From the human T2T-CHM13v2.0 reference genome, Homo sapiens: a stretch of 64,000 nt of DNA. The translations under genes were made by a program, and so were the position numbers. The notes under the pieces are model-generated. The model was not told where the DNA came from. It saw nothing but the letters and a program-made list of their open reading frames with translations, and ran no database searches. The stretch is taken from assembly GCF_009914755.1 (NCBI RefSeq), contig NC_060941.1; one strand, given 5' to 3'. Positions 1 through 14,235 of the stretch are shown in pieces; positions within the stretch are counted from its first letter, which is position 1, and each line of letters opens with the position of its first letter.

Positions 1-84
1 TCCACCTTTGGAGTATGGGAGTGCCGGAATTGCTCGGCTGAGGGTCACTTTGTCTGCCGCACAGTGGTGGCAGCTGCGCCCATT

Positions 85-250
85 TTTATTGAACTTGCTC
101 AACAAATATTTATTGAGGGCTTGTTATGTGTCCCGGGCCCTGGGGATACAGCAGTGAAGACTTCACTTTGGGGAGGAAGAGATACAATAAACAAACCAAA
201 CTGAAAAATGTATCACTGCACAGGGTGACAAGTGCCGTGAAGGAACCACA
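85..250. mobile_element. L2 3' end relic
   Basis: caacaaatatttattgagggc...ggggatacagcagtgaa L2 signature. Confidence 0.6.
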
Positions 251-409
251 TCTGCTACAGATGGAGTTGCTTTTCAGAACAGCCAGAGGTCAGCCATTAT
301 TCAGTGAATCAAGGACATACTTGAGTGAGAAATATCTTTGGGTTTAAAATAATTGGATGTGCCAGTAATACAATAAAATTGCTTTTCTGCCATGGCTCCT
401 AAACTAGAG

Positions 410-610
410 TAAAGATAATGAGAGCCAACATTTTTTAGTGCCTGTCATGTCGGGCTTCATCTCGCTGGAACTTTAAAAGATTGTTACAAACGCTCACCCC
501 CGCTTAATAAATGAGGAATCGGAGGTTCAGAGAAGTGCAGCAATGTGTCCAAGGACACACAGCTTTGTAAGTCACAGAGCCAGCATTTTGAGTTCCTTGG
601 TCGCCTGTCT
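410..610 (-). mobile_element. MIR
   Basis: atgaggaatcggaggttcagagaag...ccaaggacacacagct MIR core. Confidence 0.65.
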
Positions 611-957
611 GCCACCCCCTCTGTCCTGCTAGATCCTTTCCACTTCCCAGCATCCTGCAGCCCTGAAGCTCATCAGTAGTCTGAGACCATTGCCACTGGA
701 GCCGCGGATTGTATCCTGGGGTCCAGGAAGAGATGTTCTTGTCCAACTAACACCCCACACCCCATAGACAGCAGGCTGAGGCCTGCAGAAAAGCCTTCTG
801 ATTCAGAGCTCAAGGGTCCCATTTTTCAGATATTAGCTGTACATCTGTTAAAGGTGGCATGGCCTTCTGATTTCTGGTGCCACTCAAACCCTCTCCAGCC
901 CAACTCGTGCCCTCTTTGTTGTCAAAGAGTTTGGCAGGTTTAAAAGATGCCTAAACC

Positions 958-1257
<300 letters not shown>

Positions 1258-3403
1258 GCCTAAGCCCTTTACCCAGGCTGTCTCAGGGGTATCATCAGAA
1301 TAATTGCAAAGGGTGCTGGCTGACGTCTTTTGTTTGGGGAGCCTGTGTTTGTGGGTTCGTTGGTCCAGGCAGCTTTGGTGTCTCACAGAGACAGCCGCAG
1401 TCAGCTTATTGTCCAGAGTGTATGTGCCAGTGGGTTCGCTGAGCAGTCAGCGGTGACCTGCACTGTGCTAGGTGCTGGGACACCAAGGTCCGATTTGCCA
1501 GGGGAGGAGGCAGACAGAAAATCCCAGACCAGGAAATGGGCGCTAAGAACCTGGAGGTTTTCTTGTGCCTGGGGCTGAGAGGAAGGCTACACAGGGAAGT
1601 GGCACAGGAACAGATTCCAAGCACAAGTGCCAAGGGGAAAGGCATTCATGGCCTCCGGCTTCTCCTAATACCCAAGAGCTTAGGTCCTGTTTTTTCCAGA
1701 TATTATTTTGCAAATAATAGGATTCTACCACCGTGCACTCCAGGGGAGGAGTAGACGCCCCCTTGGGCCTGATGTACTCTTCATCCCCAGCCCTGCCTGG
1801 CTCTAGGCCTGTGGCACAGCCAAGAAAGGGACCTTGCTCCTGTCCGGAGACAGGGCTGCATCAGCCAGATCCCACCACACCAACCCATTTTCCTGTATCT
1901 GCTAAGGACTGGACCCAGGACACTGCATCTCAGATCTCAGCTCTCCTCCTGGCCTCAAGAGGCCCCAGGATCTGGCCCTGCCTTTCCCGCTGGCCTGCCA
2001 TCATTCACCCTCCACTCTCAGCTGCAGAGTCGGAGGCCACCTGGAGCCCATCACATGCAGTTGGCAGCACCTTCTCATCCTTCAGGACACAGCTGAGACC
2101 ATCTCTGACCTCCCCTTACCCATCTCACGGCACCATAGTCATTTCCTCCTAAATCCTGTGAATGGGTAGCAGTTATGACCATCATCACTACCACATTTTA
2201 CTGATGAAGAACTTGGAATGGTGAATGACCCCAGATCATAGGTTGGATGTGAACCCTTTCCCTGCAGCCCTGCTCAGTAGATTTCCACTTACGTCCTGGG
2301 GCCAGAAGTAGATTCATGGCCACGGTGAGCTGCAAGGGAATCTTTGAAGAAGAGTATTCTAGATTGGAGACATTAGGGTTTGCTCTTGAGGAAGAAAGGA
2401 AAATCGATATTGCAGGGGGCCAGAGCGGACCTGTCAGACTCAGGCCTGGTGTTTGAGGCTGTCCCAGTGGGTGGCTCTCTAGGAGACAGTATACAGGAAG
2501 GCAGGCCTTGGCCCTGGGTGTGCATTGCACAGCTGTGTGCACCTCCAGGAGCCTGCCTCTGCCCCTGTTGGTGCACCAAAGGGAACCATCAGAGAAGGTG
2601 GCCACAACTAGGGAGGCAGCAGAAAGAAAGGGCAGGGCTTCCCTGGGCAGCACTTGGTGGGGGCCAGGGCACCAGGGCCCCCTCTGACCAGCGAAGCCCC
2701 GAGGACCCCAGCTTGGTGCAGGAAGAGGACCCAGTGCTTCAGTTTGCCGGTATAAAAAACTCACACCCATGCTTCCTCACCTGAATACATATTTGCAGTC
2801 CCTGAGACAGAATGTAGCTCAGGCAGCAGAATGACAGTCTAGGCTCCTGAGAGCCAGACCCTGGCTCTTTGTAACCATGGTACGGAGTGGAGAGCACGTT
2901 CTGGTAACCTTGGGCATGAGGTGGGGCCTGGGCAGTCAGGGCACCGTCCCTGAGAGGGTGAGAGCAAAAGCCAGCCTCTGCCCTATGTGATGAAACCCAG
3001 CAGCCCTAGGTGACCTGGGCCAGGCCAGGCCCCTGGGGTGGCTTTGCATGACATTTAAAAAAGAAGTCAAACCCTATCCAGCTCCCATGGCCCCTCAAGC
3101 TCTGGGACTCATCTCTCAGCTGCTGCCCCTGTCCTTCCGTCCGTGCAAGGAACTCCAACTTTCATCCAGTCCCTGAACCATGCCGAGCTGGGTCCTGCCT
3201 CAGGGCCTTTGCACAGGCTGCTCCTCCTGCTTGGAACCCTCTTCCCTCAGACCTTCCTGCCCTGCCTCCTTTGCACCGTTTAGGTCTTGTTCATGGGCTA
3301 CCCCTCAGGGAGCTGTCTACAGCCACCCTGGCTATGGCACTGTCCTCACTCCCAGCCACCTTACCATGCACACAGTTGGCATTCAGGGAGAGGATGAAAC
3401 CTC

Positions 3404-3471
3404 ACACACACAGGCACATGTGCGTGCACACACACACACACACCCACACCCACACCCACACACACACACAC
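3404..3471. repeat. Compound (CA)n/(CACACC)n microsatellite
   Basis: Direct reading of the sequence. Confidence 0.9.
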
Positions 3472-3630
3472 TCTTCTGCTGTCTCCTGGGGAGGGGGTAG
3501 CACTTCTCCACAGCAGAAGCTCTATAGATTGGAAATAGAAATGTCACTTTGTTGAATACAGATGTCATTTACTATAGGATTCCCACCCCTTGTAAGTAAA
3601 TGGTCCTCATCCTCGCTAAGAAGAGCCTCA

Positions 3631-3939
<309 letters not shown>

Positions 3940-4109
3940 TCACCTTAGACTATTTTTAGTGTTTCTTTCTTTCTAACACAAGAATTGTATCCTCATTGCA
4001 GTAAATTTTAAAATATACCTAAGACAATAAAGCAAGAGTATAAAAACCAGCCACAGGCCCACCACCCAACATTTCTGGCACATGCTATTCTTCTAGAATA
4101 AAATCCAAA

Positions 4110-4565
4110 CCCCTGCCATTGTTGAAAAGGCCCTAGGGACTCCCTGCAAACTGTAAGCCTCATCTCTGGCTGTGCAAACCCCAGCTTTTGCCAGCTCCAG
4201 TCTCCCTTCCTTTTGGTTTCTCACACTTTCCTGCCCTGGGGCCTTTGCAACTGCCGAGTGCTGGGATGCTCCTCCCTGCACTTCCTGGGGCTGATCCCTT
4301 GTCATCTGAGTGTCACCTCCTGGGATGGGTCTAAGTAGGTCTCCACCTGTGCCCCCTGCCCCCACGCATTCCCTCCCAGTGTGCTCGGCTCACTGTCATC
4401 ATTTCCTGAGTGTCACCGTCAGGAATGGGAGTGATGACACTCGTGCTGTTGGCCTCTCCCCTCCTGCTGTGATGCCACCCACTGCTCCATTAGCCTTGGG
4501 GATCACCCAGTGCCTCCCAGAGCTGTTCATGTGGGAAGTGCTTCATCAAACGTTCGAATGAATGG
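4110..4565. mobile_element. L2 relic
   Basis: agaataaaatccaaacccct...gggcctttgcaactgc...tgaatgaatgg pattern typical of the L2 3' region. Confidence 0.55.
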
Positions 4566-4960
4566 ATGATAAATTCCTAGAAGTGCGGTTGCTGCGTTGG
4601 AGTATGCATGTGTATGTTCTCAGGGTTTTGACACTCAATGCCAGCCACGCTCGGGAAAGTTCATATTTTAATCTGTGCCCCAGCCATATCGTGTGAGTGT
4701 GTGTATGCTTGCCTTCACCAGTTTGCTAGGCAGAAGCGCTATATTCTTGTTGGTTTATGTTTTGTTTCTTTGATAATTTGAGATTGAACATGGGTGCATC
4801 TCTTTGTTCCCTTTTTATTTCCTCTTTTGTGAATGGCCTGTTCCTTCCCTTTGAATTTTTGGTTGCTGTCTTTTTCTTAGTGATTCAGAAGAGTTCTTTA
4901 TATGTGAAAGACACCAGTCCTTGGCTTCCTGTGTTACAAACATTTTGGGCTTGCTTCTAG
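4566..4960 (-). mobile_element. Old L1M 3' fragment
   Basis: ataaattcctagaagtg...ttgctg and ttttgtgaatggcctgttc...gagttctttatat match the L1M antisense pattern. Confidence 0.6.
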
Positions 4961-6606
4961 ACCCTTACTTCCATAGGTTGCTAAGCTCCTTGGCCAGTCC
5001 ATTGCTAGAAGATGCTTCATTTGGGGCATCGTTAGCCTTTCTGCCCCCAAGGCCCAAAGTCAAATGAGCATTTTGCTTTTGAGGCAAGTAGGGCTTGAGG
5101 GTGATGGATTGGGTCAGCGAGACTAGTACAGGCTTAGAGAGATGGGTGGGGGCTAGAGATCTGCCTGTGGGCCCCAGCTCTCCCTGACAGGTGGCTCTAC
5201 CCCTGGATGAGGTGCTGTTGGTGAGGGTGGTAAGAAGGTGGTCTTACCTGGGGCAGGGTGGGGCAAGTCACGAAGTCACCTGCAGCCTAGGACCAAGAGG
5301 TGAGAGCCAGCTTCCTGGGGAGTGTGTCCTCCATTCTCATCATGCCTCGCGCATGATGGCCCTTATGAAACCCACGGATGCCTGCGGCACCTTGAAAACC
5401 GAACACATGGAAATCTGGACTCTCTGGCCGCGGAGATTCCATGCAGCTTTCTGGTTCTAGATCAGGCAGCACCAAACATACTTTCTGGGCAGACTGGCCT
5501 CATTTGCCTTTTGTCACCTGCTGGTGGGCAGAATGGCCCAGCCGAAATGGACAGAGCTGGCTGGGTGCCCCTGTTAGCCCCAGCCTTTCTCCCCTTAAAC
5601 TCTTTCACCCTGGGCCAGGGAGAACCAGGGGCTCCTCCCCTACGCCCAGCCCTTGGCGTCTGCAACTTACCCAACCCTTCCAGGTTTCTCTGCCCGGGGA
5701 GGACAGACCATGTTGGCTGGGTGTCCCTCACTCATTACACCCCCTGCCCCACCTTCCCAAGCCCGACAGCCCAGAAGCAGAGCGGCAGAGGTGTTGCGAG
5801 CGAGTGGGCCAGGGCTGCTGAGAGCGAGACCTTTGCCAGCTCCCCGCCCTGCTCCAAGGGGAGGTGCCAGATGCGGTGCCCCTGGCTTCAACCGTGGCCG
5901 CCGGGCTCTGCCTGCCATATGCTCAGAGATGAGCCTCGATCCGGCGAGCAGGCCGGCTCAGCAGGATTTTGGCACCTGGGGCACAGGAGGCAGACCAGAG
6001 GGGCCAGCTACCCAAGGTGGAGGAAGAGGCAGGACGGTCTCGGCCGCTGGGATTGGGCCTGCAGGCCACCTCTTGGCTCTTGGCTGTGGGTCGGTCAGGG
6101 GAGCAGGTGGGAGGAATAAAAGGGAGGGTAGGCTGCTCCCAGGAGGAGCCAGGATGCCAGCCAGCCAGGATGGGCCTGCTGCGAGCCAGGCAGATGGTGG
6201 CCTCCAGGTCTCAGTGGCTCTCCCTGGGACAGAGCACGTCCGAGTAGGGGGCCAGGCAGTGCCTGTGTCCAGCCCTGGCAGCTTCTGTCTCTTTTTGGGC
6301 AGTAGAGTGAGATAGAAGGGCAGCCCTGGTGCAGGACCTCCTGCAGAGCTGCCAGTATTTACCTGTGCCCTCAATCCTAGCTCCAGAGGCTCCCCTGAGA
6401 GAGCAGGGCAGCAGGGCGTTCTGCCTACTCTTTACTTGTTACTCCTGCATGGAGCAAGTATGTCCTGGCAGGGTGGATGGGGTCCCAGCGGCTGGGTGGT
6501 GGTAGGATGGGAAACTGTGGGGCATAAAACGTTGGGTCTCCTGGTAAATGAGGCTGATCAATTGGCCCATATAGTCTGTGTGTATATATGGTTATGCCAG
6601 CTTTTA

Positions 6607-6690
6607 TATTAAGGCTGAATCATATAAAACTGCTTTTTTAAAGTTGCAAAATGGTCCATTTTTAGCACTGTCATCTGTTTCATCTTAATA
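6607..6690. mobile_element. MADE2-like mariner MITE (~80 bp, degenerate palindrome)
   Basis: ta-ttaaggctgaatcatataaaactgc...gcactgtcatctgtttcatcttaa-ta shows imperfect TIRs and a TA duplication; resembles the MADE2 consensus as recalled. Confidence 0.55.
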
Positions 6691-7539
6691 GCTTTCCATC
6701 TTTTTCTGTGTTTCTGAACAGATCAAATAGCGTGAAATCGATTTGTCCTTTAAATGTTTACATGGACCTACCTCTGAAACCATCTCTATCCAGACATCTC
6801 TCATGACTATTTTTCTGTTCAGATTCCATGTCTCTTACTCAGTTTAATTTGCTCCTTTATGTTTTCCTAACATTTTGCATTTCATTCAGATTTCCAAGAT
6901 TTTTAGGCTAAAGTTGTATATACTAGCCTTGTAATTTATTTCTTGTTACTTCTTAAAGTTCCGTTTTCTTTCTTTTATTTGTAGTTAAACATGACAGTGT
7001 TTTGTCTTTTTTTTTTCTTTTAGTTTGTATTTGGGCTTTTCAAAGAATCAGTTCTTGGATGTATTTATGTATTTTTTCTGTATTCTACTATATTTCTACT
7101 TCTGTTGTTATTAATTCATTCCTTTTGCTTTCTTTGGGTTTTGTTTTGCTCATTTTCTAGCTTCTAGAATTGAATGCATTTCATTTATTTTCATTATTTC
7201 TTCTTTAATAACAAATAATATCATTGTGGTCAGGAAATGTGGCTTGTATAGTTTTCGCTTCTTGGGATTAATTTAGCATTCTTTCACTAAGGATTTCTGT
7301 CTGTTTCATTTTTGTATTACTATTGATTTTTGCTTAATATATTTCAATGAGATGTTATTCTACGTCAAAAAATCCTTGTTTAATTACTAGGTGATGTTCT
7401 TTTTCCACTATAAACATGCTTGCCTTGAATTCTACTTTGCTGATACTAACATTTCCACTCTTGGTTCGTTTCTTGTTTTCATTTGCTGATACATCTTTGC
7501 TACTGCTTAAGTTGTGAGCTCTTAAAAAAAATCACTTTA

Positions 7540-7843
<304 letters not shown>

Positions 7844-8247
7844 TTATATTCCCCTTAAACAGTACTCTGTTTTAAATTCAGTTTTTCAGTAGAGCAGTTG
7901 GATCCATTTACCTTCATTGTTTTGTCTTTAGTGGTTGCTCTTCTGTGATCTTAATTTATCATAATTGCTTTTTATATTTTTCATTTTTTCTGTTTTATCT
8001 TTTGGCATATTACCTATAATTTATATCGTTTTTCTCCAGAGTTCTGTGATTATCTTTGGGTTTTTCAGAAGCATTAGTTGATCTAATAGCTCTTACTTGT
8101 CAGAATCGAGCATGAAATAGCATTTTTTACATTCTCTATACTTAAGACAAAGGGTTTTATTCCCCACCTCATTCTACTTCATAGTTTTTAATATGATCTG
8201 AAGTTTCAAACTAAATTTAAATATTTTATATATACATAGCTAGATAG

Positions 8248-8249
<2 letters not shown>

Positions 8250-8290
<41 letters not shown>

Positions 8291-8298
8291 TACACACA
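8250..8298. repeat. (CA)n microsatellite
   Basis: Direct reading of the sequence. Confidence 0.95.
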
Positions 8299-8964
8299 TG
8301 GGGACAGAGAAGGAGACAGAGCCACTGATGTTCCCTTTCAAACAGTTAAAAATAATTTTGATATTTGCATTATGTTTAAGAACCAAATTTGGCATCTCTA
8401 TGTTTACTGGTTTCAGTTTTCATCACCAGTAAGCACAGAGATATCAATCACATCACCTTGTGTTTATGCCATCACTTTCCCCTGTAAACTCTTACTTTTG
8501 ACTCATTTCATAGTTGGTTGGAAAACATTCTCAAGTATTTATTTCAAAAAGGATACATAATTGGAACATTTTGTGAGCCCTTGCACATTTGAGAATGTTT
8601 TTTCTTTATTGTGGCCTATATAGTATAAGACAGTCTAGCTAGGTATAAAAATCTTAGGTCACAAATTTTTCCCTTTAAGACCTTATAGACATTGCTCCAT
8701 GATCATCTCACTGGCTTGTTGTTGTTGTTGTTTAATCTGTATATATTCTTTTCTTGTCCTGGTATTTCATATGTTTTGCAAAGATGTGTCTGGATGTTGG
8801 TCCCCTTTTGTTGATTTTTGGAAAACTTCAGTGAGCTCTTTCCTTCTAAATATGTAGGTTGTCTTTTTCCTCTAAATTTTGTAAGAGTTTCTCCAATTTA
8901 TTCTCCATGTTTCTGGATCAGTTTTCTACAGTATCATGAATCTTTGCTGCTTTCAAAGTGGATT

Positions 8965-9255
8965 ACTTATTTATTTTTAGAGACAGGGTTTTACTCTGTC
9001 ACTCAGGCTAAAGTGCAGTGGCGCAGTCACAGCTCACTACAATCTCAAACTCCTGGGCTCAAGCAATACTCCCACCTCATCCTCCCAAGTAACCATCACG
9101 CCCGGCTATGGTCTTTTTGTTTGTTTTATTTCATTCTTTTAAGGGACGGAATTTTGCAGCATTGCCCAGGCTGGTCTTGAACTCCTAGCCTCAAGCGATC
9201 TTCCTGCCTTGGCCTCCCAAGTGCTGGGATTACAGGTGTGAGAGCACACCCAGCC
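8965..9255 (-). mobile_element. AluJ-like, diverged
   Basis: Antisense Alu with ctcctgggctcaagcaat. Confidence 0.9.
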
Positions 9256-9404
9256 CTTCTGAAGGGGATTTTAATTGTGCTACAGGGGTTTCATCTTTTT
9301 CCAACTCTTTCTTTTATGCATCACCCTTTTTGTTTCAGCTCAGTTTAATCTCCCTTACTGCCTTTCTTCTCCTAGTTCATAGAGGCTTTGTCATTTTAGT
9401 CTTT

Positions 9405-9565
9405 TTAGTCTGCCATGCCCATTTGGCATGTACACCTATTGTGTATGGCTGTTTTTAAGCTACAGTGACAAAGATGAATAGTTGTGACAGCAACTTTATG
9501 GTCCCCTATGCCTAAAGTATTCACCGTTTGGTCCTTTGAAGAAGAAAAAAATTGCAGATCCATGT
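9405..9565. mobile_element. MER58A-like hAT-Charlie MITE
   Basis: tatggctgttttt...agttgtgacag...gcctaaagtatt...tggtcctttg. Confidence 0.7.
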
Positions 9566-9760
9566 ACTGGTGCAATGGCTGGATTCCCATCTCAGATTTA
9601 AGGAGGATGGCCAGGAAGGCGCACAGCTCTGTCTTCAGCTCCTGGTTCCTACCAGCCTTTCCCTGGATTTCCTTCTGCTCTGTGGAGGTAGTGCTCTTCC
9701 TTTCTCTGCATTGCCTGATTTTCTGATTCTCTGCAATGATTTAGATAGAAATACAAGGTG

Positions 9761-10062
<302 letters not shown>

Positions 10063-11057
10063 AAATATAAGGTGACATCTTTGCTGTACTGCTGTCCTTC
10101 TGGTCCCTAGTGGTCCTGAAACTTCCCCTCCCTGGAGGAGGGATCGTCCCCACTGCCCCCACTCACTTCCTGCTTATTTGTTCTCTGGTCTTTGTCACTG
10201 TGTCCTCCTCCCTTTTTTCAGGACTTTTCTGCTCATCAGACAAAGAGCTGTGTCCTGAGGTAAAACCTGAACAGGTTTTGCTTAGTCCACCACCATCTGC
10301 CTTTAATTACTAGAGATTGCTCCCAGATCCCAGCGTTGGGTCATCATCAGTTTCGTTTTTGGCACTAGTGTGAATGTTCAGGTTTCCTCATTGTCTTTAT
10401 GGCTGTTTTGGAACAAAACAAGGAGGAGCTACATGAGAGGCTGCCAAATAGATGCCAGTTTGAAGAAGGAGTCAAAGCTGCATTTTAAAGGTGTGGTTTG
10501 TCCATCTTGAAGCACTCTCTGTAGCTTTGTGTGTACCATAGAGAGAGAACATACAGTAACATTTTCCTTATTCGGGGGCCATTGTCCAGTGACCTCAGCT
10601 ATCTGGAATACAACCTAAACAAAGAGTCCACAAGCAGCCAAATAGCTGTCACAGTGTCCATGTTCTGAAGGTTATTCACTTTACCTAAGGGAGAACATTT
10701 CAGCCTCTCCTTCCAAGCCTAGTTACCTGTATTTTACATACAATTCTAGCAAGCTTGGTCTTTGTTTTCCTAGCAAATCTGAAGGGCATAGGGGACATTT
10801 TGCAACAAGCACACTGATCTGACAAGAATTTCCAGCTGACAGAAAGGAAAGACACCAAAAAAAAAAAAAAGCAAACGCAACTCCAAATGCTCAGAGGGTG
10901 ATGTCATTTTCTGTAAGGGCAAGCAGCCTGAGGTTCTCCCTGTGAGCACTCTCCAGTTTGACTCAGCAGCCACCTTCTCTGGATCTTTCCTCTGCCACAC
11001 TGGGTGCTCTGTGCAAATCATGGGTGTGGAGACTGTCCCCATCTCTCACAGTTGGTT

Positions 11058-11410
11058 CAGACTGTGGTTCTAACCCTGGCTGTGCTTTAGAACCATCTGG
11101 GGAACATTAAAACTTCAGACACTCCGGCCATTCCCTAAGACAAAGAAATCAGAAAGTCCTGGGAGTGGGACCCAGGCATCGTGATGCCACTGCATAGCCA
11201 GGACTGGGAGCAGGAGGTTAAGAGCAGGGACTGGGCTGCCAGACTGCCTCATTGGGCACACGACCTTGAGCTGGTGAGTCACCAATGTCTCTGTGCCTTA
11301 GATTCTCATCTGTAAAATGGGGCCTGATTGAAGGGCCAAGACGAGTTCATCAACCGTGAGAACAGTGCCCAGCGCCTCATTAGTTTCGTGAGAGTAGCTG
11401 CCATTAGTGA
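11058..11410. mobile_element. MER5-like MITE followed by a MIR
   Basis: gtggttctaaccctggctg...gaaatcagaa...gggacccaggcatc, then ctctgtgccttagattctcatctgtaaaatggg. Confidence 0.6.
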
Positions 11411-14160
11411 GGTACAGACTGGATATTCATGGTGATGACTGTGATTTGTCAAGCAGGGCCTGTGAGTGCAATGTAATTAGGCAGTGATGGATGCCACACA
11501 TTCTAGGGCAGTCTCTGTCCCAGGTAGACACTTGGCTCTGGAGAGAAGAGCTGTAGAGGTTTCTAGGCTGGGACAGTGACGCTGAAGGGACAGGGGCAGG
11601 CTGTCCCAGGACTCATCTGCCTTCCTCCTGCCCCGCCCCCCACCCCCGGGGTGGGGCTTACCTTGGGCGGGCTGCTCTGGAACCTTTCTGAGCTCTCAGT
11701 TCTAAGCTAGGCACCGCAGTCCCTCCCTCAAAGCATCAGATGAGGCTCGGAAGAGCTGACATGCTCAAAGGCACCCCCTCTGCCACAGCCTATGCTATCT
11801 ACAAGGCTGAGATGGAGAGGTGCGCCTTGGCCCATGGTGAGGAGGCCGGTGAAAGGGATTTCCTCCTGATTGGAAATGAAAGTGCTGGTGTGGGATGATG
11901 GCTTTTGTGAAAAAAAAAAAAAAATTGCGAGGAGAGTGGATTGAAGGCCACCCCTGCAAGAACGTCACTCGGCACAACTTGCATTCCAATTCGCTTCCCT
12001 AAGTGGAGAAAGCAGGAAGGGATTTCAGCCAGCTCACGCAGAATCGCCAGGACTTACACACAACCTGGGTTCAGCCCCAGCAGTGGCTTTATTGTGAGCG
12101 TCATCTATCCCTGAGCTGGCAAAGATGTGGCCCAGAGCGGCTGTTCCTCACAGGGAAGTGCGGCCGCGGTGCTGATGGTGCTGATGGCGCCGTTGACTTG
12201 AGTGTTTGGGCTGCCGTCACTTTCATCCCAACCTCTCAGGCTTGGCCACAGTAGAGTGAGGGCCACTCTCTCTGGACAGCCCAGTCCCTGCACCCCAAGA
12301 AATCCCTACTCTAGTAACCAAGCTGCTATCCAGATGGCAGGAGGGATGGGGACTGTGGCCACCAGTGCCATGGAGCAGGGGTGTCATGAAGGGGCTCCGA
12401 GGGCTCAGATCATAGGGAGCAGGAAGCAGGGCTGTTTTTCTCCCATTTCCTGAGACTGGTTCCTAACTGGGGGCCCCAAGAGTCTGGCACAGGAAGCGGT
12501 GGGAGGCTACCACACCCATGGCCCCCAAGGTAGTGGGATAGAGCTGCATTGATCTTCATTGAGGCACCAGTCAATGTATCTCAGGACCTCGATGGAGGCA
12601 GTGGCCTTCACAGGCCAGAGGCCAGCCCTGGAGAGGTCTCCCTGAACACTCCCTGCAGATCTAAGTCCTGGGTTGGGGTGCAGGTGGCACTGGGAGGCCT
12701 CTGCTTTCCTGCTTCGGCTTCCCCTTGTGCTCCCACACAAATCACTCCTCCCCTACCTTGACCTTTGTTTTCCCCTCTGCGGGATAGGACGCTGCCACCT
12801 GCCCCTGGAGCAGCCGCCCGTGTGTGTGCACGTGTGTGTGCACGTGTGTGTTGAATCTTTCCCCTCCTGGTCCTCTTTTCCTAATCCCTCACCAGGACAC
12901 ACACCCAGCCAACTTCCATCAACCCATGCCACCACTGCTTCTAGAACAGGCTGGGCCCCCTGCAGCTCCCTGCAGCTCCCCGCTCCTCCCCGCTGGCCAG
13001 CCTGGCTGGTCTTCCCCCAGGCAGTCTGGGAATTGCTAAAATACAGGGCATTCCTCATCCCTGGCTCTGAGCTCACCTCTGCTCACACTGAGGGGGAATC
13101 TGTCAGAGTATCGCCTAACCAAGAGTGCAGGGATCTTGGCATCTCAGGCCAGCCTTGGCAGTAGCTACCCAGAGTGCACTGGGCAGGTGGCTTACCCTCT
13201 TTGAGCCTCAGTCTTCTTGTCTGTGGAATGGGAATGATACCTACCCATCAAAGAAGGGTTGGGAGAATTGAATGAGATCCTGCCTGCTGAGTGCTGGGGG
13301 CAGGGCAGACTGGGGGAGATTTGCTGAGGCTCTGGTGGGCTGTGCCGTCACGTGAAGCTGTCACACACAGACTTGGCGAAGGAATTGTGTCTCCTTGTTC
13401 AAAGAACAGCGATGGCTGGCAGGGAAAAGCCATGGTTGGGCTGAAGTGGGAAGCTGCATTTGGGGGTTGACACAGGCCCAAGGGCTGGCAGGCCCTGGTG
13501 CCCTCCACATCCTGCTTGGCTCTCGGTTGGGCCCTGGAATCCCCCAGTGATACCCAGTGGACGCAGGCCTAGCAGCCCTGCCTCTCACCAGTAGGGCCCA
13601 TTAGAACTGAACTCGTCTTCGTGGGGCATTTTATTTGCACACTGCAGTAGAGTGAACACCAAAGGGGTTTTTTAATGCTTCATGGGCTGCTAATTTCCCC
13701 TGTGACCTCTTTTGTTGAGGCCTGACCCCAGCCAGAGGCTCCGCACCATGAAAGCCAGCGCCTGACACAGACCCAGGGCGCGGGGTGACAATGAGGCCTC
13801 TATCGGCTTTAATCAGGCTCCAGTTGAGTCTTAAGAATAGGGAGAATCTGTGTGGTGCTCAGAAGCCCTGGGTGGCAGGAGCCCCCCGAGACTCTCACGG
13901 AGGCCAGGGTGGTTGCAGGCGGTGGCTGAGGGATTCGTCAGGCCAGGGAGGGGGTGGGTGGGTCGGACGGGGGCCCTTTGTCCCTCAGGCCTCTTTAGAA
14001 GCGCAGGCCTTTCCTGAATGGCCGCCTGCCCGCCCGGCCTGGCCCATGGGTATCACAGGCCTCTGGCTATTTAGGGAGGCGGCCTCCTACTCTGCCCGCC
14101 AGCCTATTCATCGCCAGCCTAATTAGTTTTTGTCTGTGCTCCCCCCCCACCCCCCTGCAG

Positions 14161-14235
14161 ACTGCGATTCCTACTGCAAGGCCTCCAAGGGGAAGCTGAA
14201 GATTAACATGAAAAAGTACTGCAAGAAGGACTATG
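14161..14235 (+). CDS. NTN1: Netrin-1 penultimate coding exon (start of C-terminal NTR/C345C domain)
   Basis: Acceptor ...ccccctgcAG ends at 14160 and donor GTGAGT starts at 14236. Phase 1 translation (D)[24 protein letters not shown] matches netrin-1 and splices in frame to 32650 (G/CC = Ala). Confidence 0.97.

Noticed and set aside
1701-1719. Palindrome tattattt-tgc-aaataata
   Set aside because: Short AT-rich inverted repeat, expected by chance in 64 kb.
5322-6374. Overlapping 220-265 aa ORFs in a GC-rich intronic patch
   Set aside because: No domain similarity, codon bias or exon structure; open in several frames because of GC content.
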